Part shown: positions 17,995 through 27,118 of the stretch, one piece after another | Layout of the letters: the number at the start of each line of letters is the position of its first letter | How positions within the stretch are numbered: the stretch's first letter is position 1 | Source of the DNA: Alphaproteobacteria bacterium | GTDB lineage: Bacteria; Pseudomonadota; Alphaproteobacteria; Rs-D84 | Assembly: GCA_017502865.1 (NCBI GenBank) | Contig: JAFVUD010000006.1 | Span: 189,832 to 253,831, forward strand | Direction: 5' to 3' | DNA: 64,000 nucleotides | Program-made: the position numbers and the translations under genes | The notes under the pieces: generated by a model | What the model was told of the DNA's origin: nothing | What the model saw: only the letters and a program-made list of their open reading frames with translations | The model's database searches: none

Positions 17995-19734
17995 GTGGCG
18001 AAGATAGTAGAAAAATCCATGCTGGGGCGGGCATGGGTGGTGTCTGAATGTAGAGAAAATAGTGTTGTCGGTCCAGATGAGTTGGTTGGTCATATTTTGA
18101 CACAACGTGGAATTACAGGCGACGAGAATGTTAGAAAGTTTTTAAGCCCAACTATTAAAGAGTATATGCCAGATCCGTCTGTGTTGATGGATATGGACAA
18201 GGCTGCATCTATTATTGCAGATGCGGTTCAGCAAAAACAGAAAATTGCAATCTATGGCGACTATGACGTTGATGGAATTACATCAACGGCGATATTTGTA
18301 AAGTATTTGCGGGCATTTGGGTGCGATGTGGTTTGGCATTTGCCAACACGTGAAGGTGAAGGCTATGGATTGAATATTGCCGCAGTAGAAGAAATTGCCG
18401 CAGATGGTGTTGGGTTGATGATAACGGTGGACTGTGGTATCAGTGGTGTTGCCGAAGTTAAACGTGCCATTGAATGTGGTATGAAGGTGGTTGTAACCGA
18501 TCACCATTCCCCAGATGTTATTATGCCAGATGCACATGCAGTGGTTAATCCAAAGCGTAATGATGATACGTCCGGGCTGACATATTTGGCCGGTGTTGGG
18601 GTGGCGTTTTTAACGTTGGTGGCGGTAAATCGTGAACTGAAAAATCGTGGGGCGGGACTGGATAATGCGGAACTGATGAAAAGTATGGATTTGGTTGCGT
18701 TGGGAACAGTCTGTGACACGATGCCGCTGGTTGGGGTAAATCGTGCGTTTGTTGTAACCGGATTAAAGGTTATGGATAGGCGGGAAAATGTTGGAATTCG
18801 AACGTTAATGGATATTGCGTCGATTAAAAAGGCATCGGTATATGCGGCGGGATTTGCATTGGGGCCACGATTGAATGCGGCCGGACGTTTGGATTCGGCG
18901 GCACCTGCACTGGAATTGTTGCTGACCGATAATCCATTGATTGCACATGATTTGGCAACACGGCTGCACCAAATGAATCAGGAACGCATTGATATTCAAA
19001 ATGCAATTATGTTGCAGGCTACGGAAATGGCCGAAGAATGTTGCAAGAAAGGTAAATGCAGTTTGTTCCTGTGCGGGGATAATTGGCATGGCGGTGTTAT
19101 GGGGATTATTGCAGGCCGGTTAAAGGACAAATATAATTTGCCGTCATGTGTGGCAACACGTGCAGATGGAATGATAAATGGGTCTGGGCGTTCTGTGCCG
19201 GGGGTTGATTTGGGTAAAATTATTCATGATGCGTTGGCGGCCGGCATTGTTAGCGAAGGTGGTGGCCATGCGGCGGCCGCTGGATTTTCGTTAGAAGTGG
19301 CACATGAACAGGAATTTTGTGAATTTTTAGAACGTGCAGTAAATGAGCAATTAAATGGCCAGATGCCAACCCAAGAAATAGAAGTTGATGCGGAATTAGA
19401 TGCAGGTGCGGCGAATATGGATATGGTGAATAAACTGAGTGCGCTGGAACCATTTGGCCAGGGAAATCCGGAACCTGTACTGATATTGCATGGCGGGCAA
19501 TTAAAATTTGCAACACCGATGGGTGGTGGGGCACATTTGCGTGGAACAATCAAGACCAGTCGTGGAAAAGACCTGAATTTTGTTGGATTTAATATGGTGG
19601 GGACACCGGTTGGTGATTTTTTACTGGACGATGCGAATACGGGTGTTAAAGTAATGTTATTAGGTAAATTAAAAGGAAATGAATACAAGGGACGTGTGAC
19701 ACCTCAATTCTTTCTGGAAGATATGGCAATATAG
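17995..19734 (+). CDS. recJ: Single-stranded-DNA exonuclease RecJ. The start is uncertain (GTG 17995 or ATG 18019; the track ORF begins at TTG 17971).
   Basis: DHH motifs (DYDVDGITS, TDHHSP), a DHHA1 domain and a C-terminal OB-like region. Confidence 0.8.
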   Translation: MAKIVEKSMLGRAWVVSECRENSVVGPDELVGHILTQRGITGDENVRKFLSPTIKEYMPDPSVLMDMDKAASIIADAVQQKQKIAIYGDYDVDGITSTAIFVKYLRAFGCDVVWHLPTREGEGYGLNIAAVEEIAADGVGLMITVDCGISGVAEVKRAIECGMKVVVTDHHSPDVIMPDAHAVVNPKRNDDTSGLTYLAGVGVAFLTLVAVNRELKNRGAGLDNAELMKSMDLVALGTVCDTMPLVGVNRAFVVTGLKVMDRRENVGIRTLMDIASIKKASVYAAGFALGPRLNAAGRLDSAAPALELLLTDNPLIAHDLATRLHQMNQERIDIQNAIMLQATEMAEECCKKGKCSLFLCGDNWHGGVMGIIAGRLKDKYNLPSCVATRADGMINGSGRSVPGVDLGKIIHDALAAGIVSEGGGHAAAAGFSLEVAHEQEFCEFLERAVNEQLNGQMPTQEIEVDAELDAGAANMDMVNKLSALEPFGQGNPEPVLILHGGQLKFATPMGGGAHLRGTIKTSRGKDLNFVGFNMVGTPVGDFLLDDANTGVKVMLLGKLKGNEYKGRVTPQFFLEDMAI

Positions 19735-19743
19735 AACAACAGT

Positions 19744-20694
19744 ATGAAAGAACAGTTTAAACAGTTTATAGAAAAGATAAAGTCTGCAAAATCAATTGCA
19801 CTGATGGGGCATAAAAACCCAGATGGCGATTCTTTTTGCAGTGTTTTGGCATTGGCCAAGGTTATTGAATTGAATTTTGGTATTCGTCCGGTGTGTATGT
19901 ATGATGGTAATATCCCAGATTTTTTAGATTTGGTACCGTTGCGTAGTTGGATGAAATACTTTGAACGTGTTGATGTTTTGTCACCGTATGATTTAGCAAT
20001 TATTCTGGATTATGGTACGCCACGGCATATTGGTGGTGCGAAACCGGTAATTGATAATGCAGGTTTTGTGGTTGAAATGGATCATCATAAAAATGATGAA
20101 AAGGTTGGTGACCTGTGTATAGATGACGAAGGGGCCGCCGCCACAGGACAGATTGTTTATGATTTTATTAAATCAGAAAATTTAAAGTTCGATATTAATG
20201 TTGCAAATTTGTTGGCTATTTCGTTGATTACAGATACGGGGCATTTCAAATTTGTGCGTGATGGATCGGTTATGCGTATAATGGCTGAATTGGTTGATTA
20301 TGGCGTGAATATGCGTGAAATTTTTGATTTGTTGCGTAATAAACCTAAGAAGTCAATTCTGGTCGAATCGGGTGTCGTGGCAGAAGCAGAATTTTTCTAT
20401 CACGATAAATTGGCGATTGCGACCGTTTATCACAAAGATTACAAATATCTGGATGGACGTGGGGATACGGTATTAAATCTGTTGGGACAAATCCAGGGTG
20501 TTGAATATATTGTTATGTTGAAAGAACAAAAAGCAAATCAAATAGGATTATCTATACGCAGCCGTAATAAGCCCGTTAACCATATTGCCGAAGCGTTGGG
20601 CGGTGGTGGTCACGTTTGTGCGGCGGGTGCAGTTGTTGCGGACAGTTTGGAAAATGTTCGTGCCAAGGTAATAGAATTATTCAGGGGAGAGTAG
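19744..20694 (+). CDS. nrnA: DHH/DHHA1 phosphoesterase, NrnA-like nanoRNase/pAp phosphatase
   Basis: GHKNPDGDS and DHH motifs. C-terminal GGGGHVCAAGA (DHHA1). Confidence 0.7.
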   Translation: MKEQFKQFIEKIKSAKSIALMGHKNPDGDSFCSVLALAKVIELNFGIRPVCMYDGNIPDFLDLVPLRSWMKYFERVDVLSPYDLAIILDYGTPRHIGGAKPVIDNAGFVVEMDHHKNDEKVGDLCIDDEGAAATGQIVYDFIKSENLKFDINVANLLAISLITDTGHFKFVRDGSVMRIMAELVDYGVNMREIFDLLRNKPKKSILVESGVVAEAEFFYHDKLAIATVYHKDYKYLDGRGDTVLNLLGQIQGVEYIVMLKEQKANQIGLSIRSRNKPVNHIAEALGGGGHVCAAGAVVADSLENVRAKVIELFRGE

Positions 20695-20696
20695 TT

Positions 20697-21311
20697 ATGA
20701 AAAAGTTTTTATTTGCTGTATTTGCGTTTGTTATGTGTGGAAATGCGTGGGCGGATGTTAATGCCACATTGGTTGGTCAGGCAGAAAAATATTTGAATTC
20801 TGTGACGGGGCTGAATGGCGAATTTGTACAGACTGCAAATGGCAGACAGGAACGTGGAACATTTGCGATGTTGCGTCCAGGCAAGGTTCGTTTAGACTAT
20901 AAAAACATGCCGGTGCAATTGATTGCAGATGGTAAAGATTTATATTTCTTTGATAAATCGCTGGACCAGATTACGACGGTTCCGTTGACCAGTACACCGG
21001 CTGGCATTTTAATTCGTAAAAATATCGATTTAAGAAATGCAGATATTAATGTTGTTGAAACCCAGGACTGGAAAAACGCATTTGCATTGAAACTGAATCT
21101 AAAGGGCCAGGAAGGTTTGGGACATATGACAGTGGTTTTTGACAAAAGCCCTGTTAAGTTAAATTCATGGTCTGTTGTTGATGCAACAGGGGCCAAGACG
21201 GATGTTGCGTTTAATGGATTGGTGACCAAGACTAATTTTGGTAAAGATTATTTCCAGATTCAAAGACATAAAACAGTTAGCACCAGTGGTGGTGATGATT
21301 TCTATGATTAA
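20697..21311 (+). CDS. lolA: LolA-like periplasmic lipoprotein carrier
   Basis: Signal peptide. LRPGKVRLDY…QLIADGKDLYFFDKSLDQIT pattern typical of LolA. 204 aa. Confidence 0.65.
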   Translation: MKKFLFAVFAFVMCGNAWADVNATLVGQAEKYLNSVTGLNGEFVQTANGRQERGTFAMLRPGKVRLDYKNMPVQLIADGKDLYFFDKSLDQITTVPLTSTPAGILIRKNIDLRNADINVVETQDWKNAFALKLNLKGQEGLGHMTVVFDKSPVKLNSWSVVDATGAKTDVAFNGLVTKTNFGKDYFQIQRHKTVSTSGGDDFYD

Positions 21312-21316
21312 AGAAA

Positions 21317-21607
21317 ATGTTTGGAATAAGTTGGGCTGAATTTTTAATTGTTTTATTAGTGGCGGTGATTGTTATTCCGGCACGCATGTGGCCGGATGTT
21401 GCACGGTTTTTGGCACGGGCGATTAAGTTTGTGCGTGGTGTTATTTGGAAAATTACCGATGCGTCTGAAAAAATTAAAGAACAGATTGATTTAGAAAAAC
21501 CAATTGATGATTTAATCAAAACAACAACAGATGATATTCTGGCAGATTTTTCTGAGGTGCGTAAAACACCAAAGAAGGTTGCAAAAACAGGGGCGAAAAA
21601 GAAATGA
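21317..21607 (+). CDS. tatB: TatB
   Basis: MFGISWAEFLIVLLVAVIVIPARMWP N-terminus (TatA/B family). Located upstream of tatC. Confidence 0.7.
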   Translation: MFGISWAEFLIVLLVAVIVIPARMWPDVARFLARAIKFVRGVIWKITDASEKIKEQIDLEKPIDDLIKTTTDDILADFSEVRKTPKKVAKTGAKKK

Positions 21608-22311
21608 AAAATATGACCCTGGTGCAACATTTTTCAGAACTGCGTAGACGCATTTTATGGTGTCTGTTGATTTTTGTGATTGCGTTTTGTGCGGGGTTAT
21701 TTTTTGCACCGTATATGCAGGATTTCTTGACCCAGCCACTGTTAAGTGTGTGGCCAAACGCAACGTTGCTGTATTCGGGGCTGGCCGATGGTATGATGAT
21801 TCAACTGTCGTTGGCGTTGATGTTTGCGTTGATTGTGATTTTGCCGGTGGTGTTGTGGCATGTATGGGCGTATGTGGCACCAGGGTTGCATGAAAATGAA
21901 CGGCGTTTTATCTGGCCAATATTGGTTATGTCACCGGTTCTGTTTGTTGTCGGGGCGGCATTTGCATTCTGGGTTTTGTTCCCAATGGCGTTTAAATTCT
22001 TTGTAGAATTGAATCAGGTGGCACCTGTGCCAGCGGTGTTGATGCCGGCGGTGCGTGATTATCTGGGGTTTGCAATTGGTATGTTGCGGGTGTTTGGTGT
22101 GGCGTTTCAATTGCCGCTGGTGATGGTTTTGTTAAACAGAATAGGGGTGTTAAGTCGCAGCCGTGTTATAAAAATGCGTCGATATGCGATTGTGGCAATC
22201 GTTGTTGTTGCGGCGGTTTTAACACCGCCAGATGTTATCAGCCAGGTGTTATTGGCATTGCCAATGTGGTTGCTGTTTGAAGCCAGTGTTTTCTTTATGC
22301 GGCGTGATTAA
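21604..22311 (+). CDS. tatC: TatC
   Basis: Six TM helices. HFSELRRRIL N-terminal TatC signature. Confidence 0.85.
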   Translation: MKNMTLVQHFSELRRRILWCLLIFVIAFCAGLFFAPYMQDFLTQPLLSVWPNATLLYSGLADGMMIQLSLALMFALIVILPVVLWHVWAYVAPGLHENERRFIWPILVMSPVLFVVGAAFAFWVLFPMAFKFFVELNQVAPVPAVLMPAVRDYLGFAIGMLRVFGVAFQLPLVMVLLNRIGVLSRSRVIKMRRYAIVAIVVVAAVLTPPDVISQVLLALPMWLLFEASVFFMRRD

Positions 22312-22352
22312 AAGCAATATATTTCGGTCTGTTTTTATGCTATAATTAGTGT

Positions 22353-23852
22353 GTGAAAAAATTCAACATTATTTTTGTTGGGGGGATTTTGTCTGCATTG
22401 GCGGCGTGTGATTTGCAACCCAAAATTATGGCGTTGCCGGATTCGGTGGGGGAATTTATTTCGGCACGTTATCCAGCATTGTTGGCGGATCCAAATACCC
22501 AGCCGGAAATTTATAATTCGGCGGCAACCGACTATGGCGTATATGCGGCACCAGAACTGTACGGTAATGGGGCAACGGTGGATGATTACGTTATGTATGC
22601 CAGTGTTGATGACTATATTGTTCCGCCCCAGCAGACAGATGCAGATAATGTCTATGGTAATACGACAGAAGATGTGTCTGTGGATAATAATATGATTGTT
22701 TGGTCCCAGGATGCGGGGGCAGATGCATCGGTTCAGGTCGCAGAAACAGATAAATCAGCAGATGTGCCAACAGATGACTTCTTGGTGGTGCCTATGTATG
22801 GGCCGGTAAAAAAATTAGATGTTAACCAGATTGTTGTTGCACGGGGCGATACAGTTTATTCATTGGCCAAACGTTATTCAACGACAGCGAATAATATAAT
22901 TGAAATGAATGGGCTGAAAGAACCATATTTGCTGAAAATAGGGCAGAAGTTAAATGTGCCGGCCGTGCCAAATGATTCGGCGGTTGTGGCCCAGAAAACA
23001 GAAAAGAAAGAAGATGTTCCAAATGTTATTGCAGTGCCCCAGAAAAAAGCAACAGGTGTTCAAACCACGACCAAGGTTCAATTAGAAAACATTGTGGTGC
23101 AGCCGGGGGATACACTGTATTCTTTGTCACGGCGGTACGCAGTGCCGGTGAATGATTTGGCGGTTTTGAATAATTTGCAGGCTCCGTTTGCACTGGCTGT
23201 TGGACAAAAGATTCGTGTGCCAAACCTGAAACAGGCGGTGACAGCCAAGGTTGAAAAGGTGCCAGCAGTTAAGACAGATAAAGCAATATTGCCAGTTAAG
23301 GTTGTAGAACCGGTTAAGGTTGCAGGTGACAAGAATACATCCGCAAAGGCAGAATCAACCAAGGTTGCCAAGGATAAATCGACGACCAAGAAAGATGCAG
23401 CACCAGTTAAAACAGAAACAAAAAAGATTTCGTCTGATCCTTCGAAAAAATTGCCGGCGATTACAGCACGTTCTTCGTCTAAGTTTTCATGGCCAGTCAA
23501 GGGCAAGGTTTTATCGCATTATGGTGCCAAATCAAACGGTTTGTTTAATGATGGTATAAATATCAGTGCCAATCAAGGAACCGCAGTCAAGGCGGCGGAA
23601 AATGGCGTTGTGGCGTATGCCGGTAATGAAGTCAAAGGAATGGGGAATTTGATTATTATTCAACATTCTGGTGGATGGATGACGGTGTATGCACATATGG
23701 ATTCTATGTCGGTGCGACGTGGTGCCAAGGTGGCTGTTGGGCAAAAGATTGGTACGGTTGGCAAGACGGGTAAGGTTGATAAACCACAATTGCATTTCGA
23801 AATTCGCAAAGGTACCAAGGCATATAATCCGTCGGCGTACCTGAAGAAATAA
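22353..23852 (+). CDS. nlpD: Lipoprotein with two LysM domains and an M23 peptidase domain (NlpD-like)
   Basis: GTG start. Lipobox LAAC. Two LysM motifs (YTV.xGDTLYSLAKRY / VVQPGDTLYSLSRRY). C-terminal M23 domain (HxxxD…HLHFEIR). Confidence 0.8.
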   Translation: MKKFNIIFVGGILSALAACDLQPKIMALPDSVGEFISARYPALLADPNTQPEIYNSAATDYGVYAAPELYGNGATVDDYVMYASVDDYIVPPQQTDADNVYGNTTEDVSVDNNMIVWSQDAGADASVQVAETDKSADVPTDDFLVVPMYGPVKKLDVNQIVVARGDTVYSLAKRYSTTANNIIEMNGLKEPYLLKIGQKLNVPAVPNDSAVVAQKTEKKEDVPNVIAVPQKKATGVQTTTKVQLENIVVQPGDTLYSLSRRYAVPVNDLAVLNNLQAPFALAVGQKIRVPNLKQAVTAKVEKVPAVKTDKAILPVKVVEPVKVAGDKNTSAKAESTKVAKDKSTTKKDAAPVKTETKKISSDPSKKLPAITARSSSKFSWPVKGKVLSHYGAKSNGLFNDGINISANQGTAVKAAENGVVAYAGNEVKGMGNLIIIQHSGGWMTVYAHMDSMSVRRGAKVAVGQKIGTVGKTGKVDKPQLHFEIRKGTKAYNPSAYLKK

Positions 23853-23867
23853 GCATGTTATAAAGAC

Positions 23868-23895
23868 TTGCATTTTGTAGAAAAAGGGCTATAAT
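23868..23895 (+). promoter_or_regulatory. Sigma70-type promoter of tRNA-Lys: TTGCAT, 16-nt spacer, TATAAT
   Basis: -35 at 23868..23873. -10 at 23890..23895. tRNA 5' end at 23927. Confidence 0.5.
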
Positions 23896-23926
23896 TAGCC
23901 GCGCTGATGTGATGAAGTTCAGTTCT

Positions 23927-24002
23927 GGATGCGTAGCTCAGTTGGTAGAGCAACTGACTCTTAATCAGTGGGTCCAGGGTTCGAGTCCCTGCGCGTCCAC
24001 CA
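23927..24002 (+). tRNA. tRNA-Lys (anticodon CTT), CCA encoded
   Basis: Cloverleaf read by eye: acceptor GGATGCG/CGCGTCC, anticodon loop CTCTTAA, T-loop GGTTCGAGTCC. 3' end is ACCA. Confidence 0.9.
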
Positions 24003-24008
24003 GAATAA

Positions 24009-24033
24009 AAGCCGCCGTTTGGCGGTTTTTTTG
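24009..24033 (+). terminator. Rho-independent terminator after tRNA-Lys
   Basis: GCCGCCGTTTGGCGGC hairpin followed by T7. Confidence 0.7.
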
Positions 24034-24198
24034 TTTGGGAAAAATTGCCTGTTGAAAGTGTGGGTTAACGTGTTGTTTTATCTTTGTTTTCCTATGGGTA
24101 TCCTTACCTATGTAAAGTTTGATTTTGTGGTGTTAGAATGGGGGTGTTGACATGAAACATAAACAAAAGAAAAACATAATTTAACAAGGAGAAGAGAA

Positions 24199-24813
24199 AT
24201 GAAAAAAATCATTATATCAACATTGGCTGTGTTGGTGGCATGTCCTGCATTTGCGGGCATCAATCATCCAAACCAGGGCAGTTCTTGGCAGATGTGGGGC
24301 ATGGACCCATATGTTGGACTGCGTGGTGGTGTGTCGTATAATAATTTGAATTACAAGTTTGATGGCAATAAAGAGTCTATTACAGATACGGTTATCCAAG
24401 GGCGTGCAGCAATGGGGTTGGAAATATGTGATACTGTTCGAAGCGAAATTGAATGGTCAATATTTTCCAAGGCAAAAGACAGTGCGGACTTTGGTGCTGC
24501 GGGTCGTGTAGATATTGATACAAAATTGCAGACATTGTTGTGGAATTCATATTTGGAATTTGGCAGCTATAAAATTGTTCGTCCATTCGTAGGTCTGGGG
24601 GCAGGTGTTGCGTTTACAGATGTTAAACGTGATGGTGCCTTGATTGACCGTCACAGCGAAAGCAAAACACGCTTTTCTGCAATGGGTACAATGGGTGTGA
24701 CATTTGATATGGAACGCTTTGCGGTTGATTTAGCGGCACGTTATAACTATATCGATATCCAATCAGGTTTACATAACTTTGGTGGTGATATTGGTATCAG
24801 ATTTATGTTCTAG
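24199..24813 (+). CDS. Small outer-membrane beta-barrel protein (OmpA-like/OmpW-like barrel family)
   Basis: Signal peptide. Alternating amphipathic strands. C-terminal aromatic residue (IRFMF). Confidence 0.6.
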   Translation: MKKIIISTLAVLVACPAFAGINHPNQGSSWQMWGMDPYVGLRGGVSYNNLNYKFDGNKESITDTVIQGRAAMGLEICDTVRSEIEWSIFSKAKDSADFGAAGRVDIDTKLQTLLWNSYLEFGSYKIVRPFVGLGAGVAFTDVKRDGALIDRHSESKTRFSAMGTMGVTFDMERFAVDLAARYNYIDIQSGLHNFGGDIGIRFMF

Positions 24814-24999
24814 GATATCAATACGTGTTGCATGGCCGCCGGCATTTGTCGGCGGTTTTTCGATTCGTTTTTGTGGGGGTGTATTCCTGCTCTGTACGCA
24901 TGGTTTCTGCGGATTCCTAGGGAATCAAACCTGGCGAAAAGTGATGTAAAATAATATAAAATAAGTTGTGTAACCATAAGGAAAAAAGGAGTCCTTGAA

Positions 25000-25545
25000 A
25001 TGAAAAACGCAATGAAAAAAATGTTTATGTTTACATCTGTGGTTGGGGCGGCGGCATTGCTGACAGGCTGTATGTCATGTCCAAACAAGCATCCAAAACA
25101 TATGCAGAAACGCTATGTACAACCGGTTGAATTGGTGGAATCGGATACAGTTGTCGTTTATCAAACGTATGAAAATGCAGATGTGAATAAAGTGTATGCA
25201 AAAATGTACACCCACAGCAGTGCCGGTGGTCAGTCACGCATGGGGCATATTAAATTCCATGAAACAGAAAATGGACTGAAAATGACAGTGGATTTGAAAG
25301 ATATGCGTCCAGGTGTGCCATATAATGTTAGACTGTATCAATGTGCAGGGTGTGGAAACGATTCGGCCTGTTGTAACCGTTTGGCAATGGACAAACAAAT
25401 GCCAATGCTGGAAACAGGAACCAGTCGCAAACTGCACCAGACATACATGATTCATGGTATGACGGCGGCACAGTTAGATGGTGCAACAATTTATCTGGAA
25501 CGTGATGGTGGGTACAAGGCCGCATGGGGTAAATTGGAAAAATAA
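25000..25545 (+). CDS. Lipoprotein with a degenerate Cu/Zn-superoxide-dismutase-like fold. The metal-ligand histidines are absent.
   Basis: Lipobox LTGC. MGHIKFHETENGLKMTVDLKDMRPG resembles the SodC Greek-key start. The HGFHVHE region is replaced by PYNVRLYQ. Confidence 0.35.
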   Translation: MKNAMKKMFMFTSVVGAAALLTGCMSCPNKHPKHMQKRYVQPVELVESDTVVVYQTYENADVNKVYAKMYTHSSAGGQSRMGHIKFHETENGLKMTVDLKDMRPGVPYNVRLYQCAGCGNDSACCNRLAMDKQMPMLETGTSRKLHQTYMIHGMTAAQLDGATIYLERDGGYKAAWGKLEK

Positions 25546-25570
25546 TTTTTGGACTGTAAAGTCTGATGCT

Positions 25571-25597
25571 AATCCCGTTTTGTGACGGGATTTTTTA
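25571..25597 (+). terminator. Rho-independent terminator
   Basis: TCCCGTTTTGTGACGGGA hairpin followed by T6. The downstream ORF start lies inside it. Confidence 0.65.
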
Positions 25598-27111
25598 TAT
25601 TTAATATTTGTGAATATTTTCCGCTGTGTTATGGTGTGGGTATTGTGGATTATACGAATACTGTCTATTTTGATCAATATGGTGATATTTATGCGATAAA
25701 TGAAAATACTTTTATTGCAGATGGGGTTTATATAAATACAAATAAATTGGAAATTACTGAATCATTGTGGTTGGAAAACGCCGGGGTAATTAACAGCGAT
25801 ATTTATCTGGATGATAATTGTGATTTGGTGTTGGTTAATTCGGGTGTTGTTAATGGTGATTTTATTTTGGGGGATTCTGCAACAATAACACATTTGATTA
25901 CGTCGCCTGAAACGGCGGTGCCATTAGATATTGGCGCTTCATATGATTTGAAAATAGATGGTGTAGATGGATTGAATCTGGCGGGGGTGATTTATGATGA
26001 TAATCTGGCCAGGGTGATTGTTTCAAATTCCCGTGTGTTGATTGGTAAAGCGGGTGTGGATAATTTGGCTGTATATGGTGATGTGATTTTGGAATTGGAA
26101 TCGGATGCAATTGTTTATGATGTGCCGATAATTACCAATGTTGCTGGTGATGGTCGTGTTGTGGTTTCTGTGGACAGTGATAATCCGCTGTATGCAATAA
26201 AAAGTTATTTTGTTGATGATGATGTATATTTGAAACGTGTGCGTGAAACAGACTATGCAAAAATATTAAAGAATGATGTTGGAAAATACCTGAATTTATT
26301 AAGGCTGCAAAATCCAAATGATAAATTATTGATGGCGTTGGATAATGCAAATGATATGCGGCAAATAAATGAAATAATGGCGGATTCCATGCGTATAGAA
26401 CCATTTAATATGATGCAATATGTGCGTGTGTATAATATGTATACTGTCTATAATTTTATGGCGGGTACGGGTGTTGGTGCACGGTTGGTTTCAGGTAATC
26501 GATTTAATATTTATGGGGCGGTTGTGCATGGTGGTTTCAATGTAAATAATGTTGCAGTATGGGGTGCGTTAAATACTGCGTATCTGGATGTAAATGCACG
26601 GTATGAAGATTTTGCTGCAGATTTATATTCTGGGAACTTTGGTGTGGCGTACGAAACCGATTCGATTTTTGTTCGTTCTGGTTTCGGGATTACATTGTCT
26701 AGATTTGATTTAGAAAACGTTATAGATGGCAATTTGGTTGTTGATAGTCCGGTTGGCTGGTCGGGTATAATGAATGTTCAGGCGGGTTATAAAATTGCAT
26801 ATAGTGATTTTATGTTGAAGCCATATGTTGGTATCTATGCAGATGGTATCAGTTTGTTAGATGAAACTAATTTTGATTTTATGCCGTTGGTTGGTATTGA
26901 TGTTGGATATAATTATGAAATGTTGGGCATTGAATATAATTATGGTATGCGTTTGGATGTCAATACAGATGCGAATATTGGAGTTGGGGTGTGGGCAGAG
27001 TTTTTGTCACCATGGGATGAAATTGGTGGCCGGATATCAATTATGACAATAGATGATAATAAAACAGGGCACAGTTTTGAATTCTGCGCCGATGTAAAGT
27101 TTGTATTTTAA
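25582..27111 (+). CDS. Autotransporter-like protein: beta-helix-like passenger plus a C-terminal ~270-aa beta-barrel ending in F. No recognisable signal peptide.
   Basis: C-terminal alternating hydrophobic strands and a terminal KFVF. Passenger rich in V/D/G/N repeats. The N-terminus MTGFFIFNICEYFPL has no signal-peptide character. Confidence 0.45.
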   Translation: MTGFFIFNICEYFPLCYGVGIVDYTNTVYFDQYGDIYAINENTFIADGVYINTNKLEITESLWLENAGVINSDIYLDDNCDLVLVNSGVVNGDFILGDSATITHLITSPETAVPLDIGASYDLKIDGVDGLNLAGVIYDDNLARVIVSNSRVLIGKAGVDNLAVYGDVILELESDAIVYDVPIITNVAGDGRVVVSVDSDNPLYAIKSYFVDDDVYLKRVRETDYAKILKNDVGKYLNLLRLQNPNDKLLMALDNANDMRQINEIMADSMRIEPFNMMQYVRVYNMYTVYNFMAGTGVGARLVSGNRFNIYGAVVHGGFNVNNVAVWGALNTAYLDVNARYEDFAADLYSGNFGVAYETDSIFVRSGFGITLSRFDLENVIDGNLVVDSPVGWSGIMNVQAGYKIAYSDFMLKPYVGIYADGISLLDETNFDFMPLVGIDVGYNYEMLGIEYNYGMRLDVNTDANIGVGVWAEFLSPWDEIGGRISIMTIDDNKTGHSFEFCADVKFVF

Positions 27112-27118
27112 GTTTATA

